DNA of 64,000 nucleotides from Veleropilina oligotropha (Eukaryota): NCBI GenBank assembly GCA_048128005.1, contig JBEUKZ010000111.1, positions 1 to 64,000 of the forward strand, read 5' to 3'. Shown piece by piece: positions 48,301 to 55,290 of this stretch (position 1 is its first letter; each line of letters starts with the position of its first letter). The notes under the pieces were generated by a model. It saw only the letters and a program-made list of their open reading frames with translations, ran no database searches and was not told where the DNA came from. The position numbers and the translations under genes were made by a program.

Positions 48301-49471
48301 TTTCGGAATTGCAAAAGTGAAGGTTCTCCCCCCAAAGAAGCTATATCATGGAGTATTGCCCTATAGATCAAATGGTAAATTAACATTTCCCCTTTGTAAA
48401 TCCTGTGCATTAAGACAACAACAAACTCCCTGTACGTGTAGTGATGATGAACGCATGCTTGATGGTACATATTGTACACCCGAATTAGTGAAAGCTGTTA
48501 GCAAGGGTTATAAAATTGTAAAGATTTATGAAGTGTATCATTGGAACGAAACTACTATGTATGATCCTGCAACTTGTGAAGGCGGTTTGTTCGCCGATTA
48601 CATAAACACCTTTTTGAAATACAAACAGGAAGCAAGTGGGTGGCCATCTTGGATTAAAAATGATGATGATAAAAAACGTTACATCGAAAATTACAAGGAA
48701 AATGAAGGGATTATTTTGGATGAAAATAATATCGATAAAAATCCCGGATTAAGATCGATTTCAAAATTATTTCTCAATGCATTTTGGGGCAAATTTGGCG
48801 AAAGATTAAATCTGAAACAGACACAATTTATTCACGAAGACGAGGCCGAACTATTTCTGCAGATTTTGGCAGACCCCACCAAAGAAATTCACGACTTTCA
48901 TTTATTATCGCATAACATGATACATCTGGAATACACACATAAGAAAGCTTTCATACCCGAAAGCGATAAAGCGAATATTTACATAGCAACTTTTACCACT
49001 TGTTGGGCTAGATTGAAATTGTACTCGATATTAGAAGAATTGGATCGTAATGTATTGTATTTTGACACTGATTCTGTGATATATGTGACTGGACCTGGAC
49101 TGCCAGATGTACAGTTAGGTGATTATTTAGGACAATTGACAAACGAATTGGAAGGTGATGATTACATTGAAGAATTTGTATCTGGAGGCCCCAAAAATTA
49201 TGCTTTTAGAACTAATACCGGGCACGAATGTTGTAAAGTAAGAGGATTCACGCTAAATTATGCAAATAGTAAATTGATTAATTTTGATGCAGTCAAGGAA
49301 ATTGTAACTACTAACAACAACAAAATCATAACTGTTACTAACCCAAGTAAAATTTGTAGAGATAAGAGAAAGAGGAAATTGTATAACAGAGAGGAAAAGA
49401 AGAAATATCAAATGGTTTATACAAAGCGTGCATTGTTAGATAATTTTGATACATTGCCATATGGATATTGA
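45323..49471 (+). CDS. polB: Protein-primed family B DNA polymerase (1382 aa) with N-terminal terminal-protein/vOTU-like region, Cys-rich Zn region and Vsr-like insertion
   Basis: Exo I FFDYET, Exo II AHNMKSFDG, Exo III YCRSDV; pol motifs FYGGRT, YADVCSLYP, KLFLNAFWGKFGE, YFDTDS, GPKNYA, KVRGF; uninterrupted ORF. Confidence 0.97.
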   Translation: MASNAKNPRLDGEQKSYVVEQVSQRRFKTNLAIDTKYRVKLNADHWQNKKLMDITGDLHDMFTEILEDIPSQDNSLGRILLSHPSLKDSIVVKLQELRTLTADVVMETIDKVLQSFQELDITEGFEINMGIINLPQGAARAYITNLNTSIKQKRSMVEIINEDMLCLPRAIAVSWCALNKVSLEQWKKLTENLPQGTMVERILQTGKVPEYHYKNLIKKKRGEQKKFAEELCRRAGVPLDQPLGPKHIAAFENVLNVNILTISSKLGNKFSRIANNPERKNIYLYLIEKEDQEVGHYNSVNSLSGFFSSSYFCENCLKPYNDRQWHQCEKYCRVCKSGGCEEIKLMSCRNCHMTCRSQDCFDRHIIESEKRPSECQKWFKCTKCYHVMNVEKRSPADHRCGEYLCSSCDLYVMSDHKCYVRAFVNKPSFPKYIFFDYETTQDTIMECTDGYKPAEDNGKWRQCLHCNTSTCGHPVHIPNLVVAHTACYNCNGLTDYCSTCGSRCSQCYIKKKAKIEMPPCAGKCGNTEVIFKGNQTAENFGQWLFTEGHRNFTALAHNMKSFDGLFLLDYLIEHSMRPEKIIYNGSKIMYMSVAKGMDIRILDSLNFLPMKLAQLPKAFGLPELKKGFFAHYFNTKANQNYVGPYPEPALYGYDYMSKNDREEFLEWYETVKNDVFDLQKEMLDYCRSDVMILKQTCLKFSDLLEKATGYYALNEHNERVKVNTVNPFNFLTIASTCSAVYRSQFLPEEWRMKINDAWVPARKENGSFKVLIDDEWTRNYPADCEKEFVRSPIARIPSNITQDQYSMESIQWLEWIAHKKNISIQHALNKGEVKLPGSNYKLDGYANGVAYEYNGCIWHGCQCIKTNRDVKHPKTGQSLDELYALTMKKMHFIKSLGLSYKCIWACEYQEELKTNVELSNFVKSLDLVSRLEPRDSFYGGRTNATKLHYKISGDEQIKYADVCSLYPFTQKYKQYPLFHPEIITTDFKNIESYFGIAKVKVLPPKKLYHGVLPYRSNGKLTFPLCKSCALRQQQTPCTCSDDERMLDGTYCTPELVKAVSKGYKIVKIYEVYHWNETTMYDPATCEGGLFADYINTFLKYKQEASGWPSWIKNDDDKKRYIENYKENEGIILDENNIDKNPGLRSISKLFLNAFWGKFGERLNLKQTQFIHEDEAELFLQILADPTKEIHDFHLLSHNMIHLEYTHKKAFIPESDKANIYIATFTTCWARLKLYSILEELDRNVLYFDTDSVIYVTGPGLPDVQLGDYLGQLTNELEGDDYIEEFVSGGPKNYAFRTNTGHECCKVRGFTLNYANSKLINFDAVKEIVTTNNNKIITVTNPSKICRDKRKRKLYNREEKKKYQMVYTKRALLDNFDTLPYGY

Positions 49472-49479
49472 ATGTGACA

Positions 49480-49692
49480 CGAAAAAACGGCCCAGAAAAA
49501 AAAAAAAAAAAAAATGGCCGACAAAAGATGGCCTAGAAAAAAAAAAACGGCCCAGAAAAAAAAAATGGCCGACAAAAGATGGCCTAAAAAAAAAAAAAAA
49601 CGGCCCAGAAAAAAAAAAAATGGCCGACAAAAGATGGCCTAGAAAAAAAAAAAAATGGCCGACAAGATGGCCTAGAAAAAAAAATGGCCCAA
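49480..49692. repeat. Poly(A)-spaced AAAATGGCCG/AAGATGGCC tandem array between convergent genes
   Basis: Nine ATGGCC cores, alternating with A-tracts of 9-19 nt and ACGGCCC variants. Confidence 0.9.
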
Positions 49693-49785
49693 AGTGTAGC
49701 AGATAACCCAATCTGCCTGATGAGTCCTAATGGGGGACGAAACACTTTTAGTTAAAATATTTTTATTTCTCCATAAGAATACATA

Positions 49786-49920
49786 TTAATACGGCAGCCA
49801 TTGAAATGTTTTTTCTCCTGGTGGTCCTTTCACAAGTTTCCCAGGTACGAAGAGTTTCTTTTTCTTCTTCTCCTTCTTCTTTAATAATTCATCGTATTCT
49901 TCTTTGGTTATTAATATCAT
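49786..49920 (-). CDS. 44-aa basic ORF (MILITKEEYDELLKKKEKKKKKLFVPGKLVKGPPGEKTFQWLPY), not in ORF track
   Basis: ATG 4 nt after the stop of the upstream gene; last ORF of the minus-strand cluster; AATAAA at 49762-49767. Confidence 0.55.
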   Translation of the reverse strand: MILITKEEYDELLKKKEKKKKKLFVPGKLVKGPPGEKTFQWLPY

Positions 49921-49924
49921 TTCT

Positions 49925-50242
49925 TTAGACATCTTCGAGAAGGGGTAGAATTGGCTTCAACAGTAAGGGTAATAATGCTTGATGACTTAACAATGCTTTT
50001 TTCTTCTTTAAACGACTGACATCATGACTGCTCAACAACAAAATGATCTCCTCGTACGGACGCAGCGTATTTATATAATCTGAATCGATGGTCACGTGAC
50101 CTTTCAAAATGTTCAATGCCACTTGTGACAATGCCGTCATTTGATCTTTGGTTAAATTTTGAAGCAAAGCTTTTCGTTGTTTTTGATTGCATTCTTGTAA
50201 AAATCTAAGAAAAACGTCATTCGATGTGATTGCTTGGGCCAT
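49925..50242 (-). CDS. 105-aa small Polinton protein with C-terminal amphipathic helix (cupiennin/pVI-like candidate)
   Basis: FL..L..C..KQRKALL..ALNILKG.V pattern and LLPLLLKPILPLL tail recalled from Polinton small proteins; tightly packed in the structural cluster. Confidence 0.7.
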   Translation of the reverse strand: MAQAITSNDVFLRFLQECNQKQRKALLQNLTKDQMTALSQVALNILKGHVTIDSDYINTLRPYEEIILLLSSHDVSRLKKKKALLSHQALLPLLLKPILPLLEDV

Positions 50243-50260
50243 CTTTGATGTAAATGATAA

Positions 50261-50896
50261 TTACTCTCGTTTTGGCCAATATATAATTGGATGCTCTTTT
50301 GGGAAAACGTGCGTGCGCAATTGAAATTTTTTATCAGAACTGGGGCATAAATCAATAACCAAATATCCATAATTTTCTGAAGTGGCTTTTTCGTATGCAT
50401 CTTTAAAATAAGCAGATTGACCTGGATAAATCTGCGAACCAAAGGTTAATATTTGTCTCGTGTCTCTTAAATTTCGAAATAGCACAAAATAAGAGCAATT
50501 TAATGATATGCTTCTGGCAAATTTGCCCGGCGGATAGAGATTTTGAGTGATAAATATGCAGGTCACGTTCCTATGATGTGACGTAATGGTGAATAAATGA
50601 ACATAGTCTTCGGATTGAACAATTCGTAGCATCAGATCATCCAATACTAAGATAACGTGTCCGCCATCTGCAAACCGTTCAATATCTTCTTTGGTGGGCA
50701 GACCTTCGTGAAATATGATGCTCTTTTTCATTTTGTCAAACAAGGGTTGATATTCCGAATATGCATATATGATTTTGCTGGCAGGGGTTGTAAACATGTT
50801 GTTTTCGAGTAAACGTTTGGTAAAATAACTTTTCCCCGATTGCGTGGCACCAGATATCATTATCGTTGCAGGTGATTTAAATTGAAGTGCCATCAT
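50261..50896 (-). CDS. FtsK/HerA-family (A32-like) genome packaging ATPase
   Basis: Walker A GATQSGKS, Walker B ILVLDD, SHHRN..FITQN, ARSISLN motifs. Confidence 0.95.
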   Translation of the reverse strand: MMALQFKSPATIMISGATQSGKSYFTKRLLENNMFTTPASKIIYAYSEYQPLFDKMKKSIIFHEGLPTKEDIERFADGGHVILVLDDLMLRIVQSEDYVHLFTITSHHRNVTCIFITQNLYPPGKFARSISLNCSYFVLFRNLRDTRQILTFGSQIYPGQSAYFKDAYEKATSENYGYLVIDLCPSSDKKFQLRTHVFPKEHPIIYWPKRE

Positions 50897-50960
50897 TGAA
50901 AACTAAACGCATAATGACGAGAACATTTTTATTTATTCAATATATAAGGAATACAGTAGT

Positions 50961-52283
50961 TTATGGTTTAATATAGGTCACGGTGCGAGATTTATCGATT
51001 TCGAGCAGAGATGGAAAAATGGCACAGGCAAGACAATTTATTGACTGTGTGATTGCAGATTGAAATCTTATTTCCAAACGGGTGTTTCCATGTTGAATCA
51101 AATTAATATATTTCGTTCCTAAATCGCACGGGTCCAAGGTAAATACAAAGAAAGAATATCCGTCCGCGAAATCGGTTCTATTTATCGCTAGTCCGCCATC
51201 TTTATTTGCCAGGTTGCACATGCTGAATAAATTATTGTAAGCTGCTGCGTTTCCAACTTTCAAACTGAAGTCTAGTTTCAATGGTGCTCCAGGAAGACTT
51301 TCTCCGTTGACATAAAGACCAACTTCATTAACGTTAAAATGTTCAAAATTAAACGGGTTGCCGGTATACGATCCATTAACAGACATTTGATTAATTAGTC
51401 CAATGATTAACTTTGACGGCCGAGCATTTGGCCACATATTATCCCAAAAGAATTCATTCGAGCCTTGTGCTATCGTATTCATTTTCACTTCTGTTCTTTC
51501 GAGTGCATATTTTGCAGGGATTTCTTCCAATTTCTTCACGTTATGTAATATGATACCCGAATCAAGCCGTACTTTAGCAACTTTATAAATAACGTCGATT
51601 AATTCAAGTTTATATGCTGCTGAATTTTCTTCTGACATGAATATAAATGGTGATCTGGATCTGAACATTTTAATGTAAATATCGACACCATTCAGCAAAA
51701 ATTTATCCAAAGAAAATATATCTTCAAGTAACGGTCCCTCCATTTGAAAAGGTTGGCTATCTTTTGTGTAAATATAACGTGCCCTGAGACCACTATTAAA
51801 AGTGTTTACAGGGTCAGTTCCCTCCATTGGTGAAACGTCTTTAAAAAATAACTGGCTTTGTAGCTGAGACTTCTGTTCGTCGGTTCCTGAAGACAATATG
51901 GTTTTAAGATATGCTTTCCACGGATAATTACTCGTATTCAATGATACAAGTTTATTATTCATGTACACATCAATCTGTGACCACATCGCATGTAATGGTA
52001 AATTAATAATGCCTATCTTTTCATCTTTAGCGAGTTGCGTGCCATCTGCTCTAAGGATTCTTGCTTTAACATACAAACGACTGCGTTTTAAATCAATGTA
52101 TTCAGGTCCTTGTCCAGAAATTAAAATTTCCACGGGTGCATCTTCATTGTTAATGGAAGAAATAGGCCGTGCTTCGGCATAATACATTTTATTAATAGCC
52201 ACTTGGTTTGGGGGTACGGAAAATAGTGCTAATTCTGCCGGTAAAGAAACTTCCTTGTTGTCTTCGCTGAGATAAGAGGCCAT
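50961..52283 (-). CDS. Major capsid protein (double jelly-roll, Polinton PY/hexon-like), 440 aa
   Basis: LALFSVPPNQ, YIDLKRSRLYVKARI, NYPWKAYL, KFLLNGVD, NPFNFEHF, GNTRLEIRF; AATAAA ~25 nt after the stop. Confidence 0.92.
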   Translation of the reverse strand: MASYLSEDNKEVSLPAELALFSVPPNQVAINKMYYAEARPISSINNEDAPVEILISGQGPEYIDLKRSRLYVKARILRADGTQLAKDEKIGIINLPLHAMWSQIDVYMNNKLVSLNTSNYPWKAYLKTILSSGTDEQKSQLQSQLFFKDVSPMEGTDPVNTFNSGLRARYIYTKDSQPFQMEGPLLEDIFSLDKFLLNGVDIYIKMFRSRSPFIFMSEENSAAYKLELIDVIYKVAKVRLDSGIILHNVKKLEEIPAKYALERTEVKMNTIAQGSNEFFWDNMWPNARPSKLIIGLINQMSVNGSYTGNPFNFEHFNVNEVGLYVNGESLPGAPLKLDFSLKVGNAAAYNNLFSMCNLANKDGGLAINRTDFADGYSFFVFTLDPCDLGTKYINLIQHGNTRLEIRFQSAITQSINCLACAIFPSLLEIDKSRTVTYIKP

Positions 52284-52285
52284 TT

Positions 52286-52723
52286 CTATTCTTGACTGTT
52301 GCGGGAAAATATAGTTTCAGGTGTTCTCTTCTTGACTGCTTTTGACAAAGTGACGATTTTTCTTTTCCTTCCTCTAGTTACAATGCCAGCTTGTTTCTGA
52401 TTGGTCAATTTAAACGCATTCTGATTGGTCAATTTAATCTCTTCCTTATTCCTTGCGTTCTGATTGGTCAATTTAATCGCATTCTGATTGGTCAATTCGA
52501 TGTGGGGAACGCCCTCTTTTTCATCTTTTTCGTGTTCGACTTTTGCCCTTTCGTTCACTGCAGCCATGGGTGTAGTCATGGGGATCATGTAGGGAGTTCT
52601 ATATATGCCGGCCATGCCTCTTTTTTGTGGATAAGGAGAATATGAACTGACTTTACCATCGTATAAATCTTGATATATTTGATCCCATTGTCCTGGCACG
52701 CTAACATACAGTTTTCCTGACAT
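52286..52723 (-). CDS. 145-aa hypothetical protein (possible core protein) with LTNQ repeats and basic tail
   Basis: Lies between penton and MCP, overlaps the penton 3' end, stop 2 nt before the MCP ATG; basic RGRKRK segment. Confidence 0.65.
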   Translation of the reverse strand: MSGKLYVSVPGQWDQIYQDLYDGKVSSYSPYPQKRGMAGIYRTPYMIPMTTPMAAVNERAKVEHEKDEKEGVPHIELTNQNAIKLTNQNARNKEEIKLTNQNAFKLTNQKQAGIVTRGRKRKIVTLSKAVKKRTPETIFSRNSQE

Positions 52724-53108
52724 GTTTAAAATGAAGTGTCACCGTCACTGCCTCGTTCAGAAATGAAGCTTTGTTGTCATTAGCATCTTTTATATACAAA
52801 TGGATGTGGTGCAACCGGCTCTGCTTCAGCGGAATATAATATGGATTCTGATATATTACAGAACTGCTATTTGTAACTCGTCTTAATAATGGCACCTCTT
52901 TGCCTCCAACAAAACTTTCTGTACACGCATCGAAATATACGTATAGATCTCTTCTGAATTTGGACTTTTTCCTCGAAAATTCCGTTAATGCCACAGCCCA
53001 ATGACCCTCAAATTTCACCTCTCTATCCAATTGCACACGAAAATCATAGGGCGTATTTTCAAAGTACTCGGAGCTGTCAGTAGACGTCAACACCATACGA
53101 ATGCTCAT
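52701..53108 (-). CDS. Minor capsid protein/penton (single jelly-roll, Polinton PX-like), minimal 135 aa
   Basis: LTSTDSSEYFENT..FRVQL..EGHWAVALTE and LYVYFD..VG..PLLRRV..PYYIPL..VTLHF motifs. Confidence 0.88.
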   Translation of the reverse strand: MSIRMVLTSTDSSEYFENTPYDFRVQLDREVKFEGHWAVALTEFSRKKSKFRRDLYVYFDACTESFVGGKEVPLLRRVTNSSSVIYQNPYYIPLKQSRLHHIHLYIKDANDNKASFLNEAVTVTLHFKHVRKTVC

Positions 53109-53129
53109 CGTGAAATGACTATATATCCA

Positions 53130-54215
53130 TTATCTATTTTGTATATCTGTTTCTGGAATCCACGAATTAAATTTCGTTGGCCAGCCCATCCATTTAACGA
53201 ACACTTGATTTTGACCCCTATGTTTTCTTCTCTTTAATATGGTTTCCACGTGCCACACGGCATCGTCACCCTTGTTGACCCTTTGCATTTCATTTTCATA
53301 GAAAGTGCCCTCTATTTTCTCATCCGCATAATCCTTTAACTGATATATGGGAATACGTTGACGTTTATATCTTTTAGCAACGATAAACAGCTCTTCGGTC
53401 CATTTTTGTTGATAATCACGTAAGAATGGATGTTTCAGATGCGATATTCTTACTTTATCATTCAGTTTAAATTTGTATTTCTTTGCGGGTCGCGTCTTTT
53501 TATCTTGAGACAAATACATTACATATCTAGCCTCGTCTTCATTTTGTTTTGTTATGCTGGCAGGTGTGCCTTGTCCTAATGATCTGTGTGGCCTATTGTT
53601 GTAATTTAATACCAAATCTTGTAATATATCGTCGTATTTGTATGTTTGTTTGGCCGTGAAGTATTTAAACATCATACTTTTCAAGCTTCTGATTACACGT
53701 TCGGCATAATTGGCTTTTGTTGAATTCTGGGTAAAACGGTAATTAATTCCTTCCTGCGATAAATACAATTTAACCCATCTGTTTTGAAATTCGCTCCCCT
53801 TATCAAATCGAACGGTGTGTGGCTTCCTGCCCTGTTTAAATATGGATTTGAAAGCTTGAACCACCGTTTTTCCTGTTTTGTTGGCTAATGGTACAACCCA
53901 AAGGAAACGCGAAAATACATCGATGACTATCAATAAGAAGGCAATGCCATCGTTATGTTTACTTAAATTCTGCACATCTGCCAAATCAGCATCAAACAAC
54001 GAATCTAATCCTTTCACAATCACCTGGCTGCGCTTAAATTTTCTAATAACGCCCTTTTGTAAACTGTATGCGTCTTGGTTTTGAAGCCATTGATTGATTT
54101 GCTTTCTCGTGATTTTATATTTTTTCTCCTTTTGTACAATTTTATACAACTTTTCGGGTCCAGCATAACCTCTTTTTGAATCGTACCAGATATCTTTTAA
54201 ATACTGATCCGTCAT
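53130..54215 (-). CDS. int: Retroviral-like DDE integrase with C-terminal chromodomain
   Basis: FDADLAD, IDVFSR, FDKGSEF, AERVIRSLK, YNNRPHRS, GTFYENEMQ; chromodomain VETILK..VFVKWMGW..FNSWI. Confidence 0.96.
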   Translation of the reverse strand: MTDQYLKDIWYDSKRGYAGPEKLYKIVQKEKKYKITRKQINQWLQNQDAYSLQKGVIRKFKRSQVIVKGLDSLFDADLADVQNLSKHNDGIAFLLIVIDVFSRFLWVVPLANKTGKTVVQAFKSIFKQGRKPHTVRFDKGSEFQNRWVKLYLSQEGINYRFTQNSTKANYAERVIRSLKSMMFKYFTAKQTYKYDDILQDLVLNYNNRPHRSLGQGTPASITKQNEDEARYVMYLSQDKKTRPAKKYKFKLNDKVRISHLKHPFLRDYQQKWTEELFIVAKRYKRQRIPIYQLKDYADEKIEGTFYENEMQRVNKGDDAVWHVETILKRRKHRGQNQVFVKWMGWPTKFNSWIPETDIQNR

Positions 54216-54352
54216 ATCCAGACGATAAATAATGATATAAAATTATCAAATCAAACAACTCTTTAAGCATCTTCACTCCACGGCGACATAACGTATACTA
54301 ATGAAAATAATTGAAGTACACAATATATATATACTTTTTTATTGATACATAA

Positions 54353-54559
54353 TCATCCTTTATCCATCAAACTGTTGTTGACATTGGTCCCGTTGATGGC
54401 CTGTACAGATGTCCGGGGTTCGGGAAGCGGTGGTGATGACACGCATATTTTTCCTTTCTCGTACGTAATTCCAGCAGTGGTACACAATAATAATAACACT
54501 ATAATTCTAATTGTCCATTTCGCCTTGCCTTTCAATGTTAACGCTTCGACTTTCTCCAT
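54353..54559 (-). CDS. 68-aa putative single-pass membrane protein
   Basis: ATG at 54559 in the frame of ORF 54353-54607; hydrophobic IRIIVLLLLCTTAGITY preceded by basic residues; AATAAA at 54338-54343. Confidence 0.45.
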   Translation of the reverse strand: MEKVEALTLKGKAKWTIRIIVLLLLCTTAGITYEKGKICVSSPPLPEPRTSVQAINGTNVNNSLMDKG

Positions 54560-54591
54560 AATAATGATTCTTCTTGCTTGCGCGTAGTCTA

Positions 54592-55056
54592 TTAATACAT
54601 TTCCCACACCTTTTTATTAGGGTTACATTCAGGACACTCCAAAGCACCCCATAAGTTTTGATGGTCGTCTCTTTGGTAGCAAATCTCTGTATCATTAGGC
54701 ATGTTATCGTTCCATTTTTTCAAATCTTCGTATTGTTCGTAGGTTATGGTAACGCCTCTTTTCGTAGGACGTAATTCTAAGGCATCTTCTGGCAACCAAA
54801 AATAACGTATGTCCAAATGCGGGTACTGCTTGCTTATGCTCACATACACGTTTCCTCCTACATGATAGCGTAATGACGACAATTTTCCTTCTTATATTTC
54901 TTGGATAGCTTCATCGAAATTCCCAAAATTATTCTTAAATAACTTCCATCGACATAGGGGAAATTCAACATATTTGTCATATTTCTTAATAATAAACGAA
55001 TCCTTAATTCTTTCTACCCAGCAATTTCTTCCAAGAATACATGTTGATTGTGCCAT
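54592..55056 (-). pseudogene. Tandem PC4-like ssDNA-binding protein with C-terminal Cys/His motif and LxCxE; one in-frame TAA
   Basis: GCCATGG start at 55056, TATAAATA at 55093-55100, frame open except TAA at 54892-54894; PC4 signature LDIRYFW..RPTKRGVTITYEQY; ends C..DHQN..LECPECNP. Confidence 0.75.
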
Positions 55057-55089
55057 GGCTTTCCTTAATATGACCTCTCCGCTCCAGCT

Positions 55090-55290
55090 GGCTATTTATA
55101 GGTAAAAGTGTTACTAAAAATAGAAATGACGTCACCCCCTTGTTACTATAAATAGAAATGACGTCACCCCTGTTACTAAAAATAGAACATGTCCAGACAT
55201 GTCCAGAACAAGACATGTTCCATGACGTCACCAAACAAGTCTAAAAATAGAAATGATCCATGACGTCACAAGTCCAGACATGTCCAGAAC
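55090..55290 (-). promoter_or_regulatory. Right-end promoter/enhancer with CRE, MEF2-type and p53-type motifs
   Basis: TGACGTCA at 55127, 55159, 55223, 55261; CTA(A/T)4TAG at 55092, 55114, 55146, 55176, 55241; GAACATGTCC-AGACATGTCC at 55185-55204. Confidence 0.65.

Noticed and set aside
49436..49711. Phe-rich minus ORF and Lys-rich plus ORF as firm genes
   Set aside because: Translations of an A-tract repeat whose frame depends on unreliable homopolymer lengths; kept only as a caveat in the array finding.
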